A stretch of DNA of 64,000 bases from Octopus vulgaris (Eukaryota): positions 496,001 through 560,000 of the forward strand of contig OX597820.1 of NCBI GenBank assembly GCA_951406725.2, written 5' to 3'. The translations under genes and the position numbers were made by a program. The notes beneath the pieces were generated by a model. That model saw only the letters and a program-made list of their open reading frames with translations, had not been told where the DNA came from and made no database searches. This document shows, piece after piece, positions 1 to 12,612 of this stretch (its first letter is position 1; each line of letters begins with the position of its first letter).

Positions 1-3000
1 TGCCTGGAGGACTATGATAAATAGGAGGGGGCTGAGTACTGAGCCTTGGTGGACCCCTACCTCTACCCGGAATTCTTCACTGTACTCGTTTCCAACCCTT
101 GTACAGCTCTCACTAACCATTCATCTATCCCTAGTTTCCTCATTGCCCACCAGATAAGGGATCGGGGGACCCTGTCGAAGGCTTTCTCCATGTCAACAAA
201 AGCCAGGCACAGGGGCTTATCTTTGGCTAGGTATTTCTCCTGCAGCTGCCTTACCAGGAATATAGCATCAGTAGTACTTTTCCCTGGCACAAACCCAAAC
301 TGCATCTCATCTAAACTAACTCTCTCTCTAATTAGTTGGGCTATGACCCTCTCCGTAACCTTCATCACCTGATCCAACAGCTTGATACCTCTGTAATTAT
401 TTGTATCTAGGGCGTCACCTTTACCTTTGTAGCAGTTGACAATTATGCTGCTACACCAGTCATTGGGTATGACTCCTTTGTGTATCACCTGATTAACTAT
501 ATGGGTGACTAGGCTATAGCCGACACTACCAGACATTTTGAGCATCTCTGCAGTGATTCCTGATGGGCCTGGGGCTTTTCCTGTCTTCATGCTTCTAATT
601 GCCTTAGCTACCACGGAACTATCAACTCGGATAGCTGGTCCCACTGTTGGGTCAACATTCGGCAGACTCTCTTTATCCCATTCATTTTCTTTATTCAGCA
701 AACTTTCATAGTGGCATCTCCAAGCCTCTCTCTTTGCATCCTCATTTAGCGCAAGTGAACCATCTTCCATGCGAACACACTTCTCTCCTACCACATCATG
801 ATTCTCTCTCACACACTGTCTTGCAACGCGAAACACCTCCAGTCTTTGGTCCTCACGGCGCAGAACATTGGCAAATTTTTTCTTATCTGCTTCCCCTCTG
901 GCTAAATAAACCTGTCTCTTAGCTTCTCTTTTGGCAGTCTGATACAATTCCCTGCTACCCCCATTTTTCCAGACCTTCCAAGCCTGTCTCTTTTCTCTAA
1001 TAGCCCTGTCTACAATATTGTTCCACCACCACGTTATTCTAGGTCGAGAGGGGACTTTGCACCAGCCACAGATCTGGTCAGTGGCTCTTAGCAGGTTGTC
1101 CCTTAGAAACGTCCAGCTGTCTTCTACCCCCTGTGATGCTCTATCCCCTTCTACTTCGTCAGAGGCTTCAAGTAACATGTCTCTAAATCTCTGTCCATTT
1201 GCAGGATCTTTAAGCTTCCAGATCCTTCTTCTCCATATTGGTCGTCTTCTGGTTGTCCTCCTAGTCCTGATCCTAAAGTCACTAACTACCAGTCTATGTT
1301 GTGGGGTACATTCTTCACCTGGGAAGGTTTTGGCATTTATAAGCAGCCATCTCTCCCTTTGCCTTGCAAGGATGTAGTCAATTTGGCTGGTATGTTGGCC
1401 CGATCGGTAAGTGACTAGGTGGCTGGTAGGTTTCCTGAAGTTAGTGTTGCAAATCATAAGATTATTTGCATCGCAGAACTCCAGCAGCCTGGTTCCCTCC
1501 TCGTTTCGGGAGCCATAGCCATAGCCTCCATGTACGCCATGGAAGCCCCCAGCATGTCGTCCAACGTGACCATTGAAGTCACCAGCCACAAAGATAAGGT
1601 CTCTGTCGTTCGTCAACGAGGTAGTCTGCAGTAGAGTGTCATAGAATCGGTCTTTCTGTCCATCGGGTAGCCCCGACTGAAAAGCATAGGCTGATATAAT
1701 GGTTGCTAAACTATGATGAAGCACTAATCTAATCTTAAGTATTCTGTCACATACTCTGATTACCTCAATTACTTTATCTACCCATTTCTCAGCGATAAGT
1801 ATACCCACGCCACCAACCCCGTCAGTGTTCCCTGCCCAGAAAATCTTGTACCTGCGTTCCTTGCCTGTGAGGAACCTAGCTGATCCTCCTCTCCACCTTA
1901 TTTCTTGCATGCAACATATATCCACACATCTCCGTTCAAGCATCTCGACTATCTCACCAGACCTACTTTTCAGAGTGCCAACGTTGAGGGTGCCAACCCT
2001 GAGGGTGTGGGAGGCATGGGCTCTAGAGACCCTGGGACGGTGGACAGTAGCTTCGTGTACCTGAAAAGAAAGCTCGCATTTGGCAGAATTCATGTGCAAG
2101 AAATGAAGTAGTAAAGTAGCCTTCAGTACAACCTGCATAACGCTAGCCTTTCATATTTTGCACTGTATGAACATTACCTTACATAGGTCGAGACTAGGGG
2201 TAGGGAGGGGTAGGGATGATGAGAGCATTTGCAGTCTTCATGGGAAGCAACCCCGGAATGGCAAAGAATAGGAACTTCCGGCATGTGTGGTGGGGGTGGG
2301 AGGGCGGGTGCACCGTAGGTTAGTAAGGTTCTGTTAAATCGGAGCTAGCAAATGGGTTTGAAAAATCAGGGTGGCAAGACTAAACGAAAAAAATGTTTGA
2401 GCTAGACAGGGTAATGAGGGAATACTGAAAGAATGAGGAACAATACAATGAGATGGAAATTGAAGAATAGTGAAAGAATAAAGATAAGTGCAAGATAGAA
2501 GGTAGTCGTAGTGAGGTTGAATGATTCACTTAGCTTTAGCCAATCATGATCTGTGCGTATTTCGTCTTTAGATATTTTGAAGCGAGTGGGGTTAACGATA
2601 ATGCGATCGCTCTTTTATATATGGCGATGATGGTTATGGAAGGGGGGGCATAGAGAGACCTAGGGAGAGAGATATGGCGATGATGGTTATGGGAAGAGGG
2701 GGACATAGAGAAACAGGGAGAGAGATAGGGTTAGTTAGAGAGAGAGGTCAAGGAACACGTGGCGATAAAGCGGTGTGAGGAAATTTGACTAGGGACGGCA
2801 TTGTCGATAATAAACATTTGATAAATAGGTTTGAAAATCAACATTATCGATAAATAGGTTTGAAAATCAGAAAAATCAGAGGGAATAATAATCATTATTG
2901 ATAACTACTATAACATCGTGGCTTAGTAAGGTTAGTAAGGTTCTGTAAAATCGGAGCTAGCAAATGGGTTTGAAAAATCAGGGTGGCAAGACTAAACGAA

Positions 3001-3008
3001 AAAAAATG
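1..3008 (-). mobile_element. RTE-clade LINE, 5' part (5' UTR + APE + RT), continues beyond window start
   Basis: ORF 63..2138 has APE motifs (GTLNVGTL, CMQE, GDFNGH, SQIDY) and RT motifs (QFGF..GKSTTDAIF, FVDMEKAFDRVP). A short deletion near base 95 breaks the frame relative to the copy at 4128. The 5' end abuts (TA)n. Confidence 0.92.
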
Positions 3009-3367
3009 TATATATATATGTGTATATGTATATATATATATGTGTATATGTATATATATATGTGTATATGTATATATATATGTGTATATGTATATATATA
3101 TGTGTGTGTATATATATGTGTATGTGTATATATATATGTGTATATATATATATATATGTGTATATGTATATATATATATATGTGTATATGTATATATATG
3201 TGTATATGTATATATATATATGTGTATATGTATATATATATGTGTATATGTATATATATGTGTATATGTATATATATATATGTGTATATGTATATATATA
3301 TGTGTATATGTATATATATATGTGTATATGTATATATATATGTGTATATATATGTATATATGTATAT
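3007..3367. repeat. Compound TA/TG microsatellite
   Basis: Reiterated tgtgtatatgtatatata-type units. Confidence 0.95.
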
Positions 3368-4096
3368 CATCATCGTCATCGTTTAACGTCCGCTTTCCAT
3401 GCTTGCATGGGTTGGACGGTTCAACTGGGGTCTGGGGAGCCCGAAGGCTGCACCAGGCCAGTCAGATCTGGCAGTGTTTCTACAGCTGGATGCCCTTCCT
3501 AATGCCAACCACTCCGAGAGTGTAGTGGGTGATTTTATGTGCCACCGGCACTGGTACCACAAAGATACAAATTCCATTGTTCATCTATTTTGATTTGGTT
3601 TGATTTTCACTTGCCTCAACAGGTCTTCACAAGTGTCACAAGAAGGAAGGTATGCACAGGTGGACTGACTACGTCCCAGGTAGGGGCCACGGGTTATGGC
3701 CTCACTAGTCTTGCCGGGTCTTCTCACGCACAGCATACTTCCATAGGTCTTGGTCTCTAGTCATTTCCTTGGTGAGACCTAAAGTTTGAAGGTCGTGCTT
3801 CACCACCTCGTCCCAGGTTTTCCTGGGTCTACCTCTTCCACAGGTTCCCTCAACTGCTAGGGTGTAGCACTTTTGCACACAACTATCTTCAGCCATTCTC
3901 GTCACATGACCATACCAGCGCAGCCGTCTCTCTTGCACACCACAACTGATGCTTCTTAGGTCCAGCTTTTCTCTCAAGGTACTTACACTCTGTCGATTAT
4001 GAACACTGACATTACACATCCATCGGAGCATACTGACTTCATTTCTTGCGAGCTTACGCATATCCTCAGCAGTCACGGCCCATGTTTCACTACCAT
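3367..4096 (-). mobile_element. RTE LINE 3' fragment with 3' UTR and (GAT)n tail
   Basis: HGSETWAVT...RRLRWYGHV..RGRPRKTW in ORF 3705..4139; near-identical to 5673-6067; catcatcgtcatc tail at about 3367-3380. Confidence 0.9.
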
Positions 4097-4127
4097 GTAT
4101 ATATATATATATATATAAAATATATGT

Positions 4128-6541
4128 ATCAGACTGCAAGAAGGGAAGCTAGGAGGCAGGTGTATTTAGCCAGAGGGGAAGCAGATAAGAAAAAATTTGC
4201 CAATGTTCTGCGCCGTGAGGACCAAAGACTGGAGGTGTTTCGCGTTGCAAGACAGTGTGTGAGAGAGAATCATGATGTGGTAGGAGAGAAGTGTGTTCGC
4301 AAGGATGACGGTTCACTTGCGCTAAATGAGGATGCAAAGAGAGAGGTTTGGAGACGCCACTATGAAAGGTTGCCGAATGAGGAAAATGAATGGGATAAAG
4401 AGAGTCTGCCGAATGTCGACCCAACAGAGGGACTAGCAATCCGAGTTGACAGTTCCTTAGTAGTTAAGGCAATTACACGCATGAAGACAGAGAAAGCCCC
4501 AGGCCCATCAGGAATCACTGCAGAGATGCTCAAAATATCTGGTAGTGTCGGCTATAGCCTAGTCACCCGTATAGTTAACCAGGTGATACACGAAAGAGTC
4601 CTACCCAATGACTGGTGTAGCAGCATACTAGTCAACTGCTACAAAGGTAAAGGTGATGCCCTAGATACAAATAATTACAGAGGTATCAAGCTGTTGGATC
4701 AGGTAATGAAGGCTACGGAGAGGGTCATAGCCCAACTAATTAGAGAGAGAATTAGTTTAGATGAGATGCAGCTTGGGTTCGTGCCAGAGAAAAGTACCAC
4801 TGATGCTATATTCCTGGTAAGACAGCTGCAGGAGAAATACCTAGCCAAAGATAAGCCCCTATACCTGGCTTTTGTCGATATGGAGAAAGCCTTCGACAGG
4901 GTCCCCCGATCCCTCATCTGGTGGTCAATGAGGAAACTAGGGATAGATGAATGGTTAGTGAGAGCTGTACAAGCCATGTACAGAGATGCTGCTAGTAAGG
5001 TGAGGGTTGGCATTGAATACACTAAAGAATTCAGGATAGAGGTTGGGGTCCACCAAGGTTCAGTCCTCAGTCCTCCAGGCAATAATGGAAGAATTCAAGA
5101 CAGGATGCCCCTGGGAGCTCCTCTATGCTGATGACCTTGCTCTAATTGCTGAGTCGCTATCAGAACTGGAGGAGAAGTTCCAGGTGTGGAAGCAAGGTTT
5201 AGAATCGAAGGGCCTTAGGGTCAATCTAGCTAAAACCAAAGTCCTAATAAGTAGGAAGGTAGACCAATCAGGTAGATGGCCCTGCTCGATCTGTAGAAAA
5301 GGTGTAGGTAGAAACTCTATAAGATGCACCAAGTGTAAGCTATGGACACATAAGAGATGTAGTAATGTCAAAGGAAGGCTAACTAGGAAAATAGTTTTTG
5401 TATGTGGCAGATGCTCAGGAGCAATAAACACTGAAAATGCACAGAGACCAACTTCCACCACATTCCAGGGAGAAAACTAGAAATAGTTGATAGCTTCCAT
5501 TACCTAGGTGACCAAGTCAGTATTTGGGGCAGGTGTGCTGAAAGTGTAACTGCTAGAGTAAGAATAGCCTGGGCAAAGTTCAGAGAGCTCTTACCTCTGC
5601 TGGTGACAAAAGGCCTCTTGCTCAGAGTAAAAGGCAGACTGTATGATGCATGTGTACGAACAGCCATGCTACATGGCAGTGAAACATGGGCCGTGACTGC
5701 TGAGGACATGCGTAAGCTCGCGAGAAATGAAGCCAGTATGCTCCGATGGATGTGTAATGTCAGTGTGCATGCTTGACAGAGCGTTAGTACCCTGAGAGAA
5801 ATGTTGGACCTAAGAAGCATCAGTTGTGGTGTGCAAGAGAGACGATTGCGCTGGTATGGTCATGTGGCGAGAATGGATGAAGATAGGTGTGTGAAAAAGT
5901 GCCAATCCCTAGCAGTGGAGGGAACCTGTGGAAGAGGTAGACCCAGGAAAACTTGGGACGAGGTGGTGAAGCACGACCTTCGAACTTTAGGTCTCACTGA
6001 GGAAATGACCAGCGACCGAGACCTTTGGAAATATGCTGTGCGTGAAAAGACCAGGCAGGACAAGTGAGTCCAGCCCACTTATGCATGCCTTTCCTCATCC
6101 GACGACAGGCACCTATGCCAACCCCCCTTTGCTTGCGAAGACCTGTTGGGGCAAGTGAAATCGGAATCGAAATTGAACCAATCCTATGACTGGCACCCGG
6201 CAGATGCCAGGACCCCTGGACTGGAGATACGTAAAAAGCACCATCCGAATCGTGGCCGATGCCAGCGCCGCCTCGACTGGCTTCCGTGCAGGTGGCACGT
6301 AAAATGCACCAATCCGACCGTGGCCGATGCCAGCCTCGCCTGGCACCAGTGCAGGTGGCACGTAAAAAGCACCCACTACACTCACGGAGTGGTTGGCGTT
6401 AGGAAGGGCATCCAGCTGTAGAAACATTGCCAGATAAGACCGGAGCCTGGTGCAGCCTTCTGGCTTCCCAGATCCCCGGTCGAACCGTCCAACCAATGCT
6501 AGCATGGAAAACGGATGTTAAATGATGACGATGATGATGAT
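4128..6541 (+). mobile_element. 5'-truncated RTE LINE (RT with PHD-like finger, tandem 3' UTR repeats, (GAT)n tail), disrupted
   Basis: GVHQGSVLSP, LLYADDL, RLRWYGHV; frameshifts and stops near 5070, 5480 and 5775; ends gatgacgatgatgatga; TA runs on both sides. Confidence 0.93.
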
Positions 6542-7474
6542 ATATATACACACACTTTAGTCAAAGACTTATTATTTACAGTAAATAAACCTTTGAAATA
6601 GAGTTGTAAGTTTCATCAGTCAGTCAAATAAGCTGTTGCACACATTTACACATGTAGAGGTATATGGCTTAATGGTTAGGGTCATGGACTCCGGATTGCA
6701 AGATTCTGATTTCGATTCCTGGATAAGGCAGTGCATTGTATTCTTGAGCAAAACACTTTGTTGCTTCAGTCCATTCAGCCGGTGGAAATAGTCATGTGAC
6801 TGACTGGCATACCATCTAGGGAGAAATATGTCAGAGAAACCAGAAAACTGGCCCTTTGCCCCTTACAGAGTAGGGTGGACTAACCATCACACACTTATGT
6901 ACAGTATTGACTCATGTCCTGTCATTGTGGTGGGGGTGTTGGGAAGCTAAGCAAGAGGACATTGTCATCGACCGAAGTCTGCCACGAGGAATAGAAAACC
7001 AAACTTCTTGATTGCTGTTTACTACAAATCAGCTTTATTTTAATTTTTGTAAGATATTAATCTTTCTATTTTACTTGTTTCACTCATTGGACTGTGGCCA
7101 TGCGGGAGCATTGCCTTGTTGGGTTTTAATCAAACAAATTGACTCCAGTACTTACTTCATAGTCTGATCCCAATTCTGTTGGTCCGTTTTGCCAAACTGC
7201 TAAGTTACGGGGACAAACCAAAACCAATTGTCAAACAGTGGTGAGGGGATACACACATATACAATGGGATTCCACACAGTTTCCATCTGTCAAAATCTGC
7301 TCACTAGGCTTTGGTCAGCCTAGGGCTATAGTATGGTGCCATACAGTGAGATTGAACCCACAACCATATGACTGGAAATCAAACATTTTTTTATCCACCC
7401 ATCCAAACCGATGCTTATGATTGTATGTTGGAGTCGACAGAGTTGGTCATTAGTGAATATTGTTTGTTTCTTAC

Positions 7475-7603
7475 CTGTTTTTTATGTTTATTTACAAATG
7501 TGAGCAAAAATCTGCCATATTTGCTATTGGAATGCTGTTCAAAAGTGGATGTCTTCTTTAGCCATTGCAGTAATTGGGAAAGTTGGTCAGATGACAATTC
7601 CAG
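7475..7603 (-). CDS. FANCE: FANCE exon 9 (LELSSDQL...KYGRFLLTFVNKHKKQ); terminal exon not seen in window
   Basis: Acceptor ttatttacag, donor CAG|GTAAGA; 129 nt, phase 0-0. YGRFLLTFVNKH resembles human YAKLMLTVMTKY (recalled). Confidence 0.86.
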
Positions 7604-7909
7604 CTGTAAATAACAAAGGAATTTGCTAACAGTCATTTACAAAACCTTTCCCTAATAAAAAGCACTCTGTAAAGTGGTTGGCATCAGGAAGGGCATCCAG
7701 CCACAGATGCCTTGCCAAAACTGACCACTGAACCTGGGGCCTTGCCAGCTCTGGTCAAACCGTCCAACCCATGCCAGCATGGAGAATGGATGTTAAATGA
7801 TTATGATGATGAATTCAATAAATCTTTGCTAGATTATGGTTGCAGCTCTGCGTCAGCTAAATTCTACCTGATGCATGATCACATGACTCCGTGTAGTTAG
7901 CTGTATTTT

Positions 7910-8298
7910 TTTTCTTTTAACTGTTTCAGTCATTTGACTGTGGCCATGCTGGAGCATTGTCTTTAGTCGAACAAATCAACCCTAAGACTTATTCTTTTTA
8001 AGCCCAGTACTTGTTCTATCAGTCTCTTTTGCCAAACCGCTAAGTTATGGGGGCATAAACACACCAGCATTGGTTGTCAAGCGATGATGGGGGGAACAAA
8101 CACAGACACACAAACATATATATATATATATACACAACGGGCTTCTTTCAGTTTCCGTCTACCAAATCCACTCACAAGGCTTTGGTCAGCCTGAGACTAT
8201 AGTAGAAGACACATGCCCAAGGTGCCACACAGTGGGACTGAACCCGGGACCATGTGGTTGGTAAGCAAGCTACTTACCACACGACCACTTCTGCGCCT
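7910..8298 (-). mobile_element. tRNA-derived CORE-like SINE with central microsatellite (representative; about 17 copies in window)
   Basis: Head GGCGCAG.AGTGG..GTGTGGTAAG...GGTTCAGTCCC, CORE-like CCTTGGGCAAGTG, central (TA)/(CA). Other copies near 7066-7400(-), 9416-9790(+), 11970-12287(+), 12930-13265(-), 16810-17160(-), 17440-17850(-), 22395-22820(-), 32550-33357(-), 33955-34170(+), 45715-46103(-), 47357-47590(+), 52468-52945(-), 54745-55155(+), 55176-55540(+), 57525-57895(-), 59540-59640(+). Confidence 0.85.
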
Positions 8299-9819
8299 TG
8301 ATTTTTTTTATTATTATGTGAGGGGAAAAAAAAATTAATAAATAATTAGAAAAAAATTAGAAGCAATAACTTAACGCCAGCACTTGTTTCATCATTTATT
8401 GTTGACTTGGATCAGAAAGAATTTGCTGAGGCAAAGTTTCTGCAGCTGGATGCCCTTCCTTGTTGCCAACGAAGGTCAAACATGTTTGACCTTGGTGGAA
8501 GATTGGACCCAAATGGTATTGCTTGTATAACTGGTGCTCATTAATCATTATATAGTGACAAGGGTACCCAGAAACACACATGGTAGGCTTCCACACAGTT
8601 TTTATCTACCAAATCCACTCACAGCATTGGTCAGCTGAAGGCTATAGTAAATTCTTGTCCAAGGTACCAATTCAAATAACTGTTGCATTTGATTGTCTTT
8701 CTCTACTGATGCAGAAATGAAAGGAGATCACGTTTTATTGAATGCGAATTCATTATGTTTAGGACCTGTAAAAACTCAACCAAACTAGTGGACCCCCTGG
8801 GAAATGATTTCATTTAGATTCATCAGTCTGCTGTGAAAGAGAGAGATGTATATTGTGTTGCAAGGGCAGTGAGCTGGCAGGCTTGTTACCATGCTGGACA
8901 AGATACTTAGGAGTATTTCGTCTTTGTCAAGGTTGACTTTGCCTTTCATCCTGTTGGGTGGGGGTCAATAAATTACCAGCTGAGTTGATGTAATCGATTT
9001 CCTCCAGAATTGCTGGCCTTGTGCCAAAATTTGAAAGTGAATTTGTTCACATTCAGACTTTAAAAGATTGAAACATTGCGGAACCCTTCCTTCCTCAAAA
9101 AAAAAACCAACAAAAGTGCTTGAACCATTGTTAACTGTACTTTTAATAGCACCAAAGTACACTTTGTGAATGGAGCATTGGACAAAGTACCCAAGTAACA
9201 TGTCTTCTGGCTCTTTATGTTTCAAATTCTGCTGAGTTCCACTTTTCGTTTTGTTGCTGTGTCAGTGTCATCATCTTGCCTCCTACACTGAAAATTGCAG
9301 GCCTTGTGCCAAAAATTTGAAACAAATTGTTTTGTCTCTTAAAACGATACAAGTGAATACAAATGTTGAAATTTCTAAGATCTTTTCTCTCAATGTCAGC
9401 GAGAAGAATGCATAAGCGCAGGAGTGGCTGTGTGGTAAGTAGCTTGCTTACCAACCACATGGTTCCAGGTTCAGTCCCATGGCATAGCACCTTGGGCAAG
9501 TGTCTTCTACTATAGCCTCGGGCCGACCAAAGCTTTGTGAGTGGATTTGGTAGGGGGAAACCGAAAGAAGCCCGTCGTGTATATGTATGTGCCTGTTTGT
9601 CCCCCCCACCCAACACCGCTTGACAACCGATGCTGGTGTGTTTATGTCCCCATCACTTAGCGGTTTGGCAAAAGAGACCGATAGAATAAGTACTAGGCTT
9701 ACAAAGAATAAGTCCTGGGGTCGATTTGTTCGACTAAAGGCGGTGCTCCAGCATGGCCACAGTCAAATGACTGAAACAAGTAAAGAGAGAGTTTGTTTTT
9801 TTAAAATAAAAGTAATTAC

Positions 9820-9892
9820 CTTTCCATCTAGAATATTCTCTAGCAATAACAGGATTCCAGGTTCAATGCTGGGACAACTCTTGGACAGCTGC
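9820..9892 (-). CDS. FANCE: FANCE exon 8 (EQLSKSCPS...LLENILDGK)
   Basis: Acceptor ttactctgcag, donor AAG|GTAATT; 73 nt, phase 2 to 0. Confidence 0.82.
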
Positions 9893-10405
9893 CTGCAGAG
9901 TAAATGTGTTAAAGACAATTCTTCAATGAGTCTTTATGCAATGGCCAGGACAAGACATGTACAGGTGCTCTTATAAAATGGTTGGTGTAAGGAAGGGCAT
10001 CTAGCTGTGGAATATATGAGTAGATGGGGTCCCTGACTTGTTTAAGAGAGCACTCACTTTGAATAAGAACCAGCTTGGACTGTGATGACTCATTCAACCC
10101 ATGCCAGCATCGTAAATCAAATGTAAATGATGAACTAATAAACAGACGAAGGATTTGATTTAGGAGACAAGGGGACAAAACTAAATACCATAAATAATAA
10201 AGAGAGCATTAGGGAATTTCATGTAATTAGTCAAGAAATATTAATTAAAAAATTGAAGTGATGAGGATAAAGATTGACATGGCTGTGTGCAATACCTGTT
10301 AGGAGTGGTGGTCATTTGACTTAGCGGTTAGTGTCCTACAGTCTTGTCCAACCTCTTAAGGAGAAGGAAATACTAAATACAAAACATTAATTTGGTAAAA
10401 CTTAC

Positions 10406-10481
10406 TCAAGGAGGTAGAGTCTGGTGTTAGAAGTGAAAGCATCCTTATTGACAATAGTTAACAGCTTGGCTTGAGGTAAAT
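10406..10481 (-). CDS. FANCE: FANCE exon 7 (DLPQAKLL...TRLYLL)
   Basis: Acceptor cattttcag, donor GA|GTAAGT; 76 nt, phase 1 to 2. Confidence 0.82.
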
Positions 10482-10670
10482 CTGAAAATGAAGGACAGAA
10501 GGAGTTTGCAGTGAACTACGAGCTTTCACAAATGATTTTCAGGAGGTGCATTTACTGCAGTATGTCAGTGTGCAATGAGAGGTGGCTGAGTGCACCACAA
10601 AAATTATAAAATACATAGAAACATTATTATTTCTAAACCTCTCAAAGAGAGACACTCAGTAACATTACCT

Positions 10671-10999
10671 TAAAGTAAAGACTATTTGCCAACATAATGT
10701 GGCTGTCCTGGATAGGACGAATGTTATTGTTGTTTAGCCCCGGGAACCGTTTCAAGCTGGCTGTACAACACAATATCTGTGTCCCTATATCTTTAAACAG
10801 GAGCTCAGCTGTTCGAAAATATATGGACACTGGATGGGACGCATGTTATGGTTGTTGAACCCCAGCTGTGTACTTATATTTTTGAACAGGGGAGCTCAGC
10901 TGTTTGAAAATAGGACATTATGTTTCCTGGGGCTGAACAACAGTAACATTCGCCCCATCCATGACTGCCACTTTGTGTTGGCAAATAGTCTTTGCTATA
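10671..10999. mobile_element. MITE-like fold-back element in FANCE intron 6
   Basis: About 75-bp imperfect terminal inverted repeats (AAAGACTATTTGCCAACA...GCCCCGGGAAC vs GTTTCCTGGGGC...TGTTGGCAAATAGTCTTT), TA at both ends, internal duplicated GAGCTCAGCTGTT motif. Confidence 0.7.
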
Positions 11000-11271
11000 A
11001 AATACATTTTTTAAAATGTGTAAAATATCAATTGAAATTTAAAATCCAGGGTAAAGTCTTGGTAGAAAGGTTTCATCTATTGAATAAATTACCCCATTTA
11101 CTAGTATATAAATCACACCCCTAATTTAGTGTTAATTCTTGGTACAAAATGTTTTCCTTTCACAGTCACAACTTGCCTCATGCATAAATCACACCCTGGG
11201 ATTTTTTTTCAGTTAAAAACCAAGGATAAAACAGCGCAACTTATACATGAGTAAACACAATGTGTATGTAT

Positions 11272-11310
<39 letters not shown>

Positions 11311-12287
11311 CACATACAGTTGAAACATTCCTGTCACAACCCGGGACCTTGAAGACTGCTTAAATGCAAGAAAGTATACTAGTCCCTTAATGTTTGATAT
11401 TCAATAAGACAATACTTTATTTCATTTTACTATATATATATTATTTATACTATATATTCTATATTCTACATTAATATTATAAAGAATATAAATAAAACAT
11501 AAAAAACAGAGTTGGAATTCCTTTGAATAATATATATCCCTCTATACACAATCATACAAACCCCTTTTATATATATATATACGTGTGTGTATATATCTAA
11601 TAAGACCTTTGAGTGAACAAAATGGAAATTGTTATGTCAAAATGGTTTTTAGGAAACTTTGTTGCAACCAGCATTAACAGGCTTCAGGGTGCAAGGCAAA
11701 GCAGAAACGTGGCTGCAAATACACCCCCTGCACTCACCTGTAATCCTCATACTTACAAGAGGTGTGGGCTTCTTTTTTGCAAATCGTTGCCAGGACTTAA
11801 ATGTCACATTCAACATAAGCATTGTGACTGACAAAGAAACAATAGGTTGTTGGATGTTCATACGTTGAAACCAACACACATTGGAGTTTGCTGCTTGTCA
11901 GTTCCTTGTCAAACTGTCCAATCCATGTCAGCATGGAAAGTGAACATCAAATGATCATGATTATAATCATAGGCACAGAAGAGACTGTGTGGTAAGTAGC
12001 TTGATTACCAACCTCATGGTTCCGGGTTCAGTCACACTGTGTAGCACCTTGGGCAAGTGTCTTCTATAGCCTCGGGCTGACCAAAGCCTTGTGAGTGGAT
12101 TTGGTAGCCAGAAACTGAAAGAAGTCTGTCATATATATACGTATGTGTGTGTGTGTCCCCTCACCATCGCTTGACAACCGATGCTGGTGTGCTTACGTCC
12201 CCGTAACTTAGCGGTTCAGCAAAGAGACCAATAGAATAAGTAGAAGTCTTATAAAGAATGAGTCCTGGGGTTGATTTGTTCGACTAA

Positions 12288-12612
12288 TCATCATCATCAT
12301 TGTTCGACCGTGGTCGAGACAATGGAATTTACCATGCTACGCCAGACTTCACGGTCCATGATGGCATTACAGAGGTCCTGTTGCTGGATGCCTGTATCCC
12401 TGGAGATTACATCAGGGTAGGAGAGTGTGCGCCCTCTGGTATTGCGAGTAGATGGCTTCCAGAGGAGAAGAGTAGAAATTGCCTCGTTTTCAGCTCTACA
12501 ACAATGTCCAGCAAACTGGACTCTTCTACCTTTCACAAGAGATGACACAGGTGGTAGATTCCCATATATTTGCATTTTGGTTGGATGGCGCTTCCATGAG
12601 AGATTTTGAGCT
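12288..12612 (-). mobile_element. 3' end of a second RTE-type LINE family, abutting a truncated SINE
   Basis: LPPVSSLVKGRRVQFAGHC..LLLWKPS..RGR..YPD followed by a (GAT)n tail. Confidence 0.75.

Noticed and set aside
2964-3525. Long IYIYMC-type ORFs (also near 34.2k, 39.0k, 49.3k, 52.3k, 56.3-57.6k, 59.3-60.0k)
   Set aside because: They are translations of TA/TG/CTAT/CCTA microsatellites, which lack stop codons in some frames.
6545-7470. Terminal FANCE exon
   Set aside because: I found no acceptor-led frame resembling the FANCE C-terminus; the exon is assumed to lie outside the window.
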